Under the pieces are notes generated by a model. That model ran no database searches and was not told the origin of the DNA. It saw nothing but the letters and a program-made list of their open reading frames with translations. The position numbers and the translations under genes are program-made. This document shows positions 37,441-50,037 of a stretch of 64,000 nt of DNA, piece after piece. Source of the DNA: Oopsacas minuta (lineage: Eukaryota; Animalia; Porifera); the NCBI GenBank assembly GCA_024704765.1, contig JAKMXF010000307.1:248001-312000 (forward strand), written 5' to 3'. Position 1 is the stretch's first letter. Each line of letters starts with the position of its first letter.

Positions 37441-38930
37441 CTAGTGCAAGAGACGAATTATTTATTGTTCCCTGGGTGTAAAACTTGGTATGATATTTTT
37501 GAGGCTTTTTTAGGTGAGCATTCAAGTTCATATCCTTTTCGCGTAGGCGATGAAAGGTGACCAGGAGACAGTTCCAGGTGGAATATTAATGTTCAATTTT
37601 GTTTGAAAATTAAATTCAGGAATTTATATTATTTTGAAGAGAGTACATTGTTGAGAATGGTTTTTATGATATGAACACTATCGAATAGTAGATAAATGGT
37701 TTCTCTATGTTAGAAGGATTCAATATGCATTCTGAATTTATCGTGGTTGGATATTGTTTTGATAACTTACCATAGCAACTAACATTGGTTGGATGGTTCT
37801 CAAATGTAATTCCTCGAAGATAAGTATTATTTTGGATAAGAATTTGAATGCAGCTAATTATTACAGAGCAAACGATATCACTTGGAATTTTGGTCGAGGG
37901 AATTGCTTTTATCATGAATGGAACAGAAGAAGTTAGGACATGACCATGTAGTAGAGAATACTTCAGTACGGCTGAAAGTTGCTATTACCACCTTAAGTGC
38001 CTGGTCATCATACTGAACTTGTTATACATATACATTTCGTCCAAAAAAATGTAAAATAATATCATTACCAACGTGTATACTATTTCGCAGAGTAATTAAA
38101 GCTTTGATAGTGTCGATATCTTGGCTACTTAACTTGCATAAACGAGAATAGCCAGGTAAAGGCAGAAAATGTCGAAGGTAACGATAAGCAGCATTTGAGG
38201 TATAGTGCATCATTAATGCAAATCTCAAGGTTTCGTAGAATAGGCGTCTTCCTTTAGGATGATAGTAACTTATATCAGGTAGCTCTTTTATTATGTTAGT
38301 CTCAGTTAAAGGGCTTTGTTTTTTGCTGTAATTAGGTAGATTCACAAGCATGTGGAGAGAAGTACTTGGGACTTTCGGGATTTGCAATAAAATTAGGCAG
38401 GGTGAGAAGCATGCTTTCTTAACTATGTTTTACTTCAAATGAATCCTTTACGTTTATGCCTTCCTTAATGTAAGTGATTCCGTGAAGTATTTCGATATAA
38501 TAAGTAGTCACACATTCTTTAGAATTCTCGAAATTGAAACTTTTAAATTCTGCGACATCATTCAAAGATTTTAATTCAAATAGTGATTTGAACAATGGAA
38601 TTTGGTCTGTTTGATAGATTCGAACTTTGGGATCTTTACTTGGTCTTTTGGGAACGGCTCCTAGGCTCTTTGGGATCGTTTTAGGGTGAATAGTTGGAAT
38701 GGGGTGAGAGCAAAATTTAATCGAATTCGTAGTGGATCGTTCGAAATATTTCTCAGGGAAATGGTCTGCTCAGATAGTTGAGTATTTCGTAGCAGAAAAA
38801 TTGATTCAACTTGTGAACTCTCTCCACTTCGCTCATCATTCAATATTATCAGGAAACTTGAAAACCTGTTTACTAGTTTCTGAAGTTAAATAATTTGGCT
38901 TGCAACAAATAACAACACACTTTTGGGCAA
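37441..38930 (-). pseudogene. P-element/THAP9-like transposase, N-terminal half (inverted)
   Basis: THAP-like start PK.CVVICCKPNY...VFKFPD...KW and ADHFPEKYF. Then TLRFALMMHYTSNAAYRYLRHFLPLP, IKAIPSTKI, NHPTNVS and HLKK..ISYQVLHPGNNK..SLAL, ending at 37441. Confidence 0.8.
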
Positions 38931-39234
38931 CTAGGAATGTGAATAATCTATGTATAATGAGATAAAGATGGTGTCGAGTCGAATTCGCCCTATTTGGACA
39001 CATATCCCAATGTTTGTTTTAAGGAAATAATCGAAAGTCATACTTGAGTATAGATTATGTGTATAACTATGGCTATTTGTTCCTGTAAACCTCTCTCAAT
39101 GAGCTCTCGTGGGTATCCAATTGAGAGGGAGTCAACAATGAAGGGTAATAAAAAATTATAATTGAGTTGAGCATTTTACTAATTACTTTCGATGGAGAAT
39201 GGCTGATATCATGGTTGATTGCTAAAATATTCTA

Positions 39235-39293
39235 CACTGCCTGGCCAAAAGTATTGGAACACTGTTTACAACTTGTGCATAAGTGGCATCACG
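39235..39293. mobile_element. Right 59 bp of the same MITE, inverted
   Basis: Its reverse complement (CGTGATGCCACTTATGCACAAG...CCAATACTTTTGGCCAGGCAGTG) continues the MITE exactly where 37440 stops. The pieces total 248 bp. Confidence 0.8.
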
Positions 39294-40132
39294 CTATTGT
39301 TGACAGAACAACGTTTTCAGCAATTCGGAATTATGTTCCAGAAGATATAACTACATCTTTTCTCGAATATGTTCATAATTGGTGGCTAATTGTTAATTCC
39401 AAAGAATACTATCACTCAGTTACTGTAGGCTCAGCACTCGTTGTAAATGACGGAAAATTGGAATTCTTAAGATATTCAAACGATTGGTTGGAAAGATGGG
39501 TGACGTCTACTACATTGGATTACTAAAGAGACGTTTAAGGCATTAATTCAAAGCAATCAAGCAGTGCTCAGATCTCTTATTAGATGGGTATTATTATATT
39601 GTAACTGGTCGTTTACAAAATAATCCTTTAGAGAGGTGCTTCTCTCAATATCGTCAGGTGTCTGGTGGCAGATTTCTAGTAAGCCTGAGACAAGTTTATA
39701 AAAGTGAATAAATTATCAAACTCAAAAGCTTATTAAAATATGAACTTGAGGCTCCCATTAGATCTTTTCGGGGAGAGTCAACTATCCAAAATTTTCTAAA
39801 CGAGATTCACACTTTGAATTTTGAACTTGTTTCACTCTCGGATGACACACACGAAGTCATTCTTTTGTTGGCTGGATATATTTCCCGATCCCTGAAAAGA
39901 AATTTGAAATGTGGTGACCATATCATGTTGCTAAAGCGTGATGCAGTTTCCAGCAATAATTCGAAACTGTAAATCGACGCAAACTGACATAACCACCTTC
40001 TGCTTTCAATTTTTACACCCAATCTGCCTTTGCTGCTCTGGAGTTAACTGAAACAATGACATTAGCTAGCAGTACTCCTGAAAAGGTACTTACCAAACTT
40101 GTTCTTGATGAAGTATGCACACGATTGGGGCA

Positions 40133-42904
40133 CAGGGCCGTAGCCAGAGCGTAGTGTTAGGAGGGGCTAAGTAAACTTTAGGGGGGCTTGGTTACTTAAG
40201 ATTTTTATATTAAATTTGGGGAGGCCAATGAACTAATGACTACAATTCTATATTAATCTCATAAATTTATATAATATCTAAAATAAACGGAGTCTTCTGT
40301 CCTTCTTCCTAGAAAATTTCAAGAGGAACTTTCAACTTCCATTTTTTCATATATCTAGATTCAAACGCAAAAAACACTAAATTGGAACATCTGATTTCCG
40401 ACATATTTCTCTGTGGCCTACTAAATCTAGTGAGAACTGAGAACGAAGACTCACACATAGAAGTGCTACAACCAAACGTTGCTACAGTAGCAAACAAATT
40501 ATATGTGTTATTAAACGGCTGTCGATACTTGTACAATTCTTCGAGTATATTCGTTTTATCTTTCATGAATTCCTTTACTACTGACAATTCTTCAATTGAG
40601 GGAAGCGAAATTCCAAGCTCTGATAAAGGGTACAACTTATCAATGTCAAATTCTTCGATCGAATCAACTGCTTGTAATAACATGTTATTCTCGAAAAATC
40701 TCCTCTCGAATTCACGGCATGTTATATGAATTGTGTCTATGAATAATGATTCTAACCTATCATGTTCTTTTGTTGTAGATTCGGTAAGAATCCAATAGTT
40801 ATATAAACAGCTAGGTTTTTTGCGCCTAATTGGACGAGATATATCACTTCATCATGCAGTAGTATACTTTTGGCCTCGCTAACTCTCCCACTAAATGCAT
40901 CTGGATTTTGAAGCTTATTAATGTTTTTAAATACAGAATTGATAATTTCCATGGCGTTTTTTAAGCCTGCATCACGGGATTGTAAGATCTTATCTGCTGG
41001 TTCTATTGTAAGTAGGAGCTTTTTCATAAATATCAAACAAAAATGGAACTCTAACTTAATTAGTGTGGCCAACAAACCAGTACTCTGTACAACTTGCTCT
41101 CCACTAAATTCTGTGGAGCATTGGACTGTTCTAAGCAATTCAATTATAGTTTGATAGTTAGAATAAATAGCCTCAGTGATTTTCAAATGTCCTGACCATC
41201 TTTGTTCTAAAAGACGATCAATACGAGTTCCTGTATAAATTGATATAACTTTGACATGATTCAGAAATAAGTGTAACATTCTACATTGGTCAAAAAATAT
41301 CTTGAGTTCTGGAACTTCAGATATTAATTTCATAATTACCAAATGAAGTCGATGGTTGAAACAATGAACATACGGAACCTTTCGATGTAATTCCTCTTGA
41401 ATGAGGGTTTGAACACCTCTTTTTCTACCACTCATTACACTAGCGCCATCATAGCACTGTGAAAGTAATCGTTTAGAATCCAATCCATTATTTCTCAAGA
41501 TCTCCAATGTTAAATTAGCCATGGTTTTGGCATCTGAAGAGAGAGTTGTTGCTACATTAACTAAAGATTCAAAAACTTTACCTTTCCTAACATAGCGAAT
41601 TCCAATTGATACGTGTTCTATATTGTTACGATCTCTAGTGCCATCTTCTAGTAAAGTAAACCACGGGACATCAGCATCTAAAATTTCAAAAATAATTTCT
41701 TCCCTAACTACTTCCGACATATTATCTATCACATCATTTTGAATATCTGGAGAAAGGTAATGAGCATTTTTAGGAATTTGTGTATAAATTTCAGCGAGTT
41801 TCGGGTTCTTTGTAAGTGTATATTCAAACAAGTTCCTGAATAATCCATGCTCCGTATTTTCATCAATATCATAATTTCCACGCAGAGCTAATTCATTGAC
41901 AGCTAAAAATAGAACAATTTCAGCAATGGACCGTATGTAATATCTATTTTTTTCAAAAGCATTAGCACAAACTAATGTGGATATTTCTAGTTGGGATGAT
42001 TCGCGAAGATCTTTTTCACGCCAATTCGCCATTGCAGTAAGATGAACACGAGAATCAGCATGTTTACAAAGTCCTTTGCTTTTTTCTATTGCCGATTTCC
42101 AATTTTTAAATTCAATGTTTGTGAAGAAATTTTCTTTAGTCCCGTGTGAGAGAAATTGACGGCAGGGATGGCAAAATACAGCATCAAGGGATGGTGAATA
42201 TTCCAACCAGGGAAATCTAATAAACCAATCTTGTTGAAAACTACGGCCAATAGAATCCTTCGGATAAATCAATCCTTTAATTTGTATAATGTTTCTTCAT
42301 AGGGTAGATATATCTGGTATTTCTTTGTTGATCGGATTATATAATTCAATACTATTCAAGGGATCAGAAAGAGAGCTATCAAAGGAAATAAAATTATCCA
42401 TACTAATATAATCACTAACTAAATTGAATAGAAAATCAAAATAATTAGCAATTTGACAGAACTAAAATCAAAAGGAGAAAGAACAGGAACAAAATTATTT
42501 GCATTATAAGAAAATATCAAAGGAGGATTCTTGATCATTTTAAAAAATCAAGAGACTACGTATTTCTATGTATGGTAATTATAGCCATGAGGAATGATTT
42601 CACAATTCGCACATCAAATGTAATAAACTGGAAGGAATATATGTTGTGGTCATGTAAAAACAAAAATATAATTTCAATGGTCGCTGTAAGAGCATCCAAT
42701 GAGTTAAGTATATTAACTAGCAATAGGAATTAGATAACTAGAATGTATAGTCAATTTGACATAATCACAAACATTTCCTTGATTTAACTATTATTCAAGA
42801 TCTAAGATAGTAAAGATCAATATAGCCTAGCAAAATTTACAGGGTGGTTAAATTTGGTAGGGGGGGGGCTCAGCCCTCCCTAGCCCTCCCTAGCTACGGC
42901 ACTG
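40133..42904 (-). mobile_element. hAT Tip100/ZMYM1-type transposon, full length
   Basis: TIRs CAG(G/T)GCCGTAGC(C/T)AG. Flanks TTGGGGCA and TAGGGACA (8-bp TSD, 6/8 match). 2772 bp. Confidence 0.9.
40309..42272 (-). pseudogene. hAT transposase (TTF-type Zn finger, DUF4371-like region, dimerisation domain), frameshifted near 40780
   Basis: Motifs WFIRFPWLEYSPSLDAVFCHPCRQF, LLEDGTRD, SQCYDGASVMSG, HCFNHRLHLV, EQRW and TSMCESSFSVL. Confidence 0.88.
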
Positions 42905-43455
42905 TAGGGACACAATTATATATGTGATCTACATGAAAAATCTGGATTGGACATAACTAATTTAGTTGTTTCTAACGTATTTTCAAAGAACTCCCGAAAG
43001 TAATCAGCGCGATGAGGAGGAAAGAACAGATTTTTAAATTTAAGTCTAGACAATTGAATTCCATAGGTAGTAGTAATAATTTAGTTATCTAACATTATTA
43101 TATCATTTTATGATTATTTGATCGTAAATGACGTTATAATACACGTACAACTAGCATAATTTAAAACTAATCAAAAAACCATAATGAAGGTTACTCGAAA
43201 CATATTCCATCGGCATTCTATTTTATTAGCCTTCTCGGCCTCTTAGATTGCCGTTAAATATGGTAAAGCATGCTCTATCCAAACATTGGAGATCAATTAA
43301 AGAAAAAGCCAATCAAAATACACACATTTTACGCCTTCCTTTGTTCCTGATGATGTACATGACTTTGGAGAACTTCTAATAGTTCCTACCCAACGGATTT
43401 GTATAAAATACATTTCACTCAATTTTGCCAATCTAGTGATTTAATGAGTTAATTC

Positions 43456-46397
43456 CACAGTGGCACGAAATGGCTATTAACTAGAAAATTGTATGTAGAG
43501 TGCAGATACACCCATAAAAAGTGTTATTAACAAACTGGTTTTCTAACCCGATCAAGAGATTGGCATATTCAGTTTCGTTGTACGGCTTCATTAGTTATGA
43601 TGTCATAGTCAATTTATTATCACCAAGAATAATACCCATCCTAGTTCTCATCATCGAGAATAATGGAATTCACTAAACGACATTGAATACTCTTCAACTC
43701 ACTTGTTGAGTTCTTTGGCTGCTTTTCTGGGATTTTTATGTTCAGCAGTAATATGGGATCACTCTGAAAAATAAGCCTGATGAAGGTGCCATGAATATTC
43801 TATTCATAACTAAATTTTCATGAGAGACGTTCCTCATATCAGCGAAATTGTTTATTAAAAGCCTCAATACCTTCTTCAGATAGAGCCTCTATTCCACGAC
43901 CTTCATTGAAATCTGCAATTATACCTGAAGCATGGCTAGCGGCTTATGTAGTGTTGGACAAATTTTGGCCCACGGGAAATTTACTACAATCGATTGATAA
44001 ACTGCTTTATAAGCAATCTCTAGTTCTTCTGGGTCAATTCTCCTACTGCAATTGAAGACTCGTAATATAGTACCAAGGTTGTTACAAATATCAATGACTG
44101 ACGTATGATATTCAAATGGAAGGATTGTTAAAATCCAATAAAGAAAATCTTTGTCACTATCGTCTAGTGTCTTCAAACAAATCCGTGCTACATTTCCTGT
44201 AGCTGATGTGCCCCCTTGTGTAGATGGAACATCAATAAACATGTACAGCTTGTCTTTTATTAGACTGACTACTAGCTTCTTGGACTCTGAAAGAGTGGTT
44301 GAAGAAGGGGAACATTAACTAGTCTCTCCTGCGACCAAGTGGGTGACTAGATTTAAAAACCATGCGAAACATCTAAGACAAGCATGTAGAAGAGACCCTG
44401 AAATAATATCTCTATCCGAAGTTGGTTTGTGGGTGATTTTAAATCTTAGCTCGGGTTTACGTGCAAGAAATTCTTCCTCTTCTACTTCTTTCGAACAAGA
44501 TTCTAGCATCATGTATAGTTTTGCTAATTGGAAATCCTGCCTAGGCCAATGTCAAGTCATGAATTTGCTTGAAGTTGACAGTACATAACTGGCAATTAGC
44601 AGCTCCTTGCTCCACTAAACATGAGAGCCATTTTAGTGTCAATATTAGATCTAAAATTCGAACATTCTCATAACCATTACTCAACTTCAGACTATTTTGT
44701 TCTATAAGCGCTGTCTATTCATTAATCATAGAATCCATGAGATATTTAACGTTGTCTAGATTTTCAGGAAGAGTGAGAATTATGACTGGACGCGAAGAAA
44801 AGGGTGAATTTGGGACTAGATTCGTCCAAACTGAAACTCCATCCTCTGAATTAATTTGTAATACCTTAAAACCAAACAGGAGAATGTTTTTAGTGGTAAG
44901 ATCAGGATGAGCCATAACTTGTTGATCTATTCGGTGACATCCTGGGCCATCAAGTCGTCTGATATTCGTATATCTATAGGATAGCGGACTTGATTTATGT
45001 TAGAAAGAATTCTATCTACTGTAGAAGTAAGGAGTTTTTGATGAGATATCCCAACACCTATTGGATAATCTAGTTTAACTAAGTGAACCTCGGCTGTGAG
45101 ACATATTTTTGCACGGTGAATGGTGAGATGATTGTGCCCTGGAAGTTTAAACCCCTCAGTTAATAATATACGACGCAATTCCATATATTTAATTTTACCA
45201 ATCTCTAATGAATCCATCAAATACGGTGCTTTATCACAATAGAGTGTACTACATGTGGGTTGTTTCCTTTGGCAATAATCTTCTTACATACCTTTGAAAT
45301 TGAGAATTCGCGTTCTTTTTTGCGAAATCAACATTAACAAGTAAGAAACGATAGTTTAGGAGCAACATGTTCTTTTTCAGCAACGGCTCTAAGGTGTGAG
45401 ATTAATGAATCTAAACCCATACTTCCGCCTTTGGTTGACAGTTTATCAATATGCCTATATGGCACACGATTGACATCTTCTTCGAACGTAAGTGTACTCT
45501 GAATAGATGGAGTCACGCTCACTTCGTGCTCTCGTGGATATACAATCGTTATTGATATGTTTGCAAGTTGGCAAAAGAGTGATTCATTCCAAATCTCCAA
45601 GCTCTTGTCTCTTGCGAAATCTCTTCCCTCGAGGCTCAAGTTAGAAAATTTAGGCGTATTTCATCATACAGAGAATCAATGAGAGCAAATTCTGCAACAA
45701 ATTCCTTAGATATTGAACTAAAACTATTGTTTTTGTTGCTCTTAAAATAACGAAAAGCTTTACGTTGTTCATTTTGTACTGATTAGTAAAGTTGAATAGG
45801 TTATAATGAAGACATATAAATACAACTATAAGAAAACAAAAGTTTTTGAAGAGTGAATTATGTCAAAATACTCGGAGTACTTAAGTCTATAGAAGAAATT
45901 GACTACTTTCGTCAAATTTCAACAGCTTTGAGATGGCATAAATATTTATGATAAAATAATGTGCTTTCATAAAATATATACAACATGATTGTCAACTGTT
46001 TTCAATTTTAGTTCTGCAATCTTAATGTTTCAAGAAATTTTGATAATCGCAAAAATATAACCAAGTTAGATATCAGAATATTTCGAGAATGTAACTGTGT
46101 ATTTGATTAGAAAAAGCCATAAATAAGCTATAAATTATAATGCATCGAAAGGATGTAGCGTATGTAATAATGATTATCATTAAATTGATTAGCAATGTCA
46201 CTGTTAGGAAATTTCTAATTGTCAAGGAATTTTTGAGCATGTGAAACGTATAAGGAGTTCTAGCAGCATCATTAAAGCTTATATAAATCGAGTTAATGTG
46301 ATTCCTGGTTAAATTAGGTATGGCGAAGTCGAAAATATTCTTTACGAGGCAATTCAACTAATGGACTTTTTCAAATTCCACTTACCGTGCCACTGTG
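43456..46397 (-). mobile_element. RAG1/Transib-like transposon, copy 2
   Basis: 12-bp TIRs CACAGTGGCACG at both ends (43456-43467, 46386-46397). 2942 bp. 5-bp flanks AATTC and GATTA match at 3/5. Confidence 0.85.
43620..45700 (-). pseudogene. RAG1-core-like transposase, multiple stops and frameshifts
   Basis: Motifs ISDGLDG (after a 1-nt fix), PNSPFSSRP, IDTKM, CQLC, LLHAC, PTLHKPLAH and LSEEGIEAFNK lie in the same order as RAG1 D600, D708, C727/C730, H937/H942 and E962. Limits approximate. Confidence 0.8.
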
Positions 46398-46798
46398 GAT
46401 TATCCATGTTGATTTCAATAATACTATTCCTATGAATATATCCATCGTCCAGAACTTTTACTATGTACAATTATGATTGACATTTCAAACATCTAGTAAG
46501 TATATAGAAAATTCAGAAGTGAATAATGTCATTTTCATGGATATTTCAACAAATATCTCCTTTGTTCTACCTCTCATTTGAAAAATATATTGCAAAAAAT
46601 TGGTTTATTAATTGAACATTTAGATGAAGTCATTTTAAGCATGCCAAACCAAATTTGACATTATTCCTAAGATTGGAAGTATGATTTTACTTTGGGGACA
46701 GTGTCTCACTTATGCGGTCTACGATTTAATAACTATTGTCATAATATGTATACACTAACCGATCGAAGTATTTCAACACAACTCAATGTACAATATAT

Positions 46799-47358
46799 CA
46801 GAGATGGAACCGGTCGACTGGTCGGGTCGGATTGGGTCGGGTCGGATACCGGTCGAAGACCTCGACCGGCCGGTCATAATTTCTGAATATGGTAAATCTG
46901 AATTTGATCTAGTTGTGCTAAAGGAGGCAGCGTTAAACGGACTTTGGCCGTAAAATTTCGTACATTTTCTACATTTCAATAGTTCTATCTTTTACATTTC
47001 TGTATTAAATAAATTTTATGTGCATAATCATCCATTATATACTGCCTGGCCAAAAGTACTCGAACGCCAGGGCTACAATTAGTACATGGCACCAATATAA
47101 ATACCACATTAGTTATAGACAAATTATTGAAAATTATTTAATACATTTTTTGAATATATATTAATTCATCAACCATGAGCAAAAGAGATTTCTACTTTCT
47201 GCAATACCCACAGAATATTCAACATATTCTCGCCGTGTGCCACTTGTGTCACAAGTGCAGGGTTTTCCAATACTTTTGGTCAGGTAGTGTATAGTCAAAG
47301 TCACCAGTCGACCGGCCGGTCGGGTCGAGTCATGAAAAACTGACCGGTTCCATCTCTA
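46799..47358. mobile_element. hAT MITE containing a nested Tc1-type MITE
   Basis: TIR (C/T)AGAGATGGAACCGGTC, perfect 8-bp TSD CAATATAT (46791-46798, 47359-47366), subterminal GTCGG repeats. Confidence 0.9.
47040..47289. mobile_element. 250-bp Tc1-type MITE
   Basis: TIRs (T)ACTGCCTGGCCAAAAGTA / TACTTTTGGTCAGGTAGTG, TA on both flanks. Confidence 0.85.
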
Positions 47359-47410
47359 CAATATATATCCTGGCCATACATCGATTCTAAACATCCATAA
47401 GAAAATAGAC

Positions 47411-48120
47411 CTGAAAGAACGATATGACTGTGTTAGTTAATGTTATACCGACTAAATCCCTGAAAACTCTATATTTCATTATTTAATAGCCACATTTTGC
47501 CTATTGAAAATACTAAACTAATTGTAAATCAATTAATATTGCACAAAGCTCAAATTTGACGAACAAATCTGATAGCATATTTGAATTCTACCGGTTTGTG
47601 TTACCCCAGCATGAACATTTCGAATTTTTACAACAAATAATATAGACTTATGACATTTTCATATTTGTTCAACTTGGCAAAATTGGCATATATCAAATAT
47701 GTATGGGCCACTCATATATTAACATAAATATTGCAATAATCGACATATTTGCACTATACAAATATTTGCAATTCGGTTTAGAGAATCTCAAGTGATTTTC
47801 ATAAACTATTCCATTCTGGTGCCAATAGTCTAGTAAAGTGCCACTTCTGACACAAAATATTAAAATGCAAAAAAGTCAACGAGATATGCTCTACACATTT
47901 CGAAAAATACATAATGGAGTTAATACAGATCTGTAGAATTCAAGTAAGCTATCAGAATTGTTCCATCTCATTTGAGTTTTGGTTAAATATGAATTTGAAT
48001 ATGTAATTAGCTCATTATCTATTTAATGAGCAAAGTGTGGCTATTAAATATCAAATTACTAATATTTCAAGGATTTATCCTGGACAATCTTAACTAACCC
48101 AGTTATATAGCTATTTCAGG
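47411..48120. mobile_element. Old foldback/MITE with ~170-bp degenerate TIRs
   Basis: CCTGAAA...TTAGTTAA...AAATCC.TGAAA...TTTAATAGCCACA.TTTGC...TCTGATAGC is present as an inverted pair at 47411-47577 and 47947-48120. Confidence 0.65.
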
Positions 48121-48125
48121 TATAT

Positions 48126-48584
48126 CAGCGGTACCCAACCTTTTAGAACCAAGTGTCAGTTCCTAGTAATATGTGAGTCAGGCGGGCCAAACTTCTCTTT
48201 TATACCCTATGTCCTATGTCCTAAGAGTAAGCAATTAGGACTACTTCACACATTTCTTAGTAACTAACATTGAACTAATACTACACTTTACTAACATGTT
48301 AATGAGAAACTACATATATATGTAGGCATTCGTTAAACAAACTAGACAGTAAACAAGAGATTACACAATATATGAATAGTATTAGAGAATACATATAGGC
48401 GAGCCAAAATTGTATATTCACTGTTGCAGTAATCAAAAAAATGTGTTAATTAATACGCTTCATGAGTTGGCAAAGTGGCACTAATTTGTTAGTAGTAAGC
48501 GAATACATAAGAGTAGGCAAATTGGAGATAGGGTTTGGCGGGCCAGAACTTTTGTGAACGCGGGCCGTAGGTTGGGGACCTCTG
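48126..48584. mobile_element. Buster-type hAT MITE
   Basis: TIRs CAG(C/A)GGT(A/C)CCCAACC, perfect 8-bp TSD AGGTATAT. Confidence 0.9.
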
Positions 48585-49412
48585 AGGTATATCATCGTAT
48601 GGAATTTCAACTATTCGTAGTATAGCAAGGATATGTAATTGTACATTTAATTATGTTGAAAGACTTATTCCCGGTATTATAGCGTATTCATTAAAGAGCG
48701 TATAGATATACATTATCCTTCGACAACTCAAATATTCTCTACTATTCACCCAGTCTATATATTTTGGCAGTTTTTAGCGAATTGTTGGAGATTATGATAG
48801 TACTTTTGCATGATGTTTTGAGACGCCTAGTAGATTGAGACAATAGTATGAGACAACCATGGATGGGCCATTAGAAATTATACAGGTGAAATTCTGATAC
48901 GCTGTGTTAGATTGAGACACTATATAAAGCAATAACAATTTATTTTGTCTCCATGTGTAAATTGATGATTAAAATATAAGGAAGCTGTACCCAACTTCTT
49001 AAGTCTTACTTCATATCCATTAAGATTGACAACTACGGTCCGATACTGTATATTTCAAGGGCGGACGACAGTAAAGTACTGGTTATTACAACTCTCAGGA
49101 TACCACAATATAGGACTGGGATCAAACTCATTGTGGACCAGTTAGTACACATACTGGCTACCAGTATGTTGAAAATCACTGAGGTACATTTGTGGCCAAC
49201 TCGCACATCGAACTATAGGTTTATGCAATGCCCCATAGGAATTATTCATAGTAAGCTGTCATGGCAGGGACAAATTTCTCAATTAAACATACACATGCTA
49301 ATACAAAAAGTGGTAAGTGCAACAATTGGGCCAGTATCTATATAATTTATATGAATTAATATAAGTAGCTGATGATATACTCGTTGTATAACAATTGAAT
49401 AATAACATAGAG

Positions 49413-50037
49413 CAGGGTGCTCAAACTTTTAAATCTTCGGGCCACTTTAAAATTAGGCTCCGACCCACGACCACCAATCATAGATCGCTATGACATTAGT
49501 TTAATCAATTTCCAAGCTATACTATTTGACCTCATATTCCATTAACAATGGATTCTACTTATAAATTCAGGTTATTGACTTAAATATAATCTTGCAAATG
49601 GATTCGAATAATTTGATGTCTCTTTTTGAACGCAACTTGTTGCTAGCAAGTGGATAAAAGTACTAAAACCAGATTCGGGATATACTATGTACTGTTCGTA
49701 GTAGAATAACATTGAAGAAAACCTACCTACACTAAGAAATTTATTTAATGGGAGTGATGATATTGCTTGGATTAAACTAATAAATCAATATCCTACGACC
49801 TACGTTATACTTGTGAAACTCGAATAATTGATAGAATTGGTAAATGCAAACAATAGTTACCAAATACTGTATTCATACTAGGAACATTGATGCATATGTA
49901 GAGTATCTATAATAATTTCAATATTATGTTTAGAAAAACAATTATTATGTGACTTTCGAAGTACATCAATCTACTGTGATATATATGAACAATGAAACCA
50001 AGAAAATTTCCGCGGTGTCACCGTTTGACCAGCCTTG
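49413..50037. mobile_element. Buster-type hAT MITE
   Basis: Imperfect TIRs CAGGGTGCTCAAAC / GTTTGACCAGCCTTG, perfect 8-bp TSD ACATAGAG. Confidence 0.85.

Larger units (their letters stand above)
39294..43060 (+). pseudogene. P-element-like transposase, C-terminal half, interrupted by a hAT at 40133-42904
   Basis: Motifs AIVDRTTFSAIRNYVPE, FLEYVHNWWLIVNSK, DGKLEFLRYSNDWLERW and GRLQNNPLERCFSQYRQVSGGRFLVSLRQV. A tail resumes after 42912; the 3' limit is approximate. Confidence 0.75.

Noticed and set aside
43456-46397. RAG1L-RAG2L two-gene ProtoRAG
   Set aside because: No kelch-like ORF or convergent second gene, and the transposase fills most of the element.
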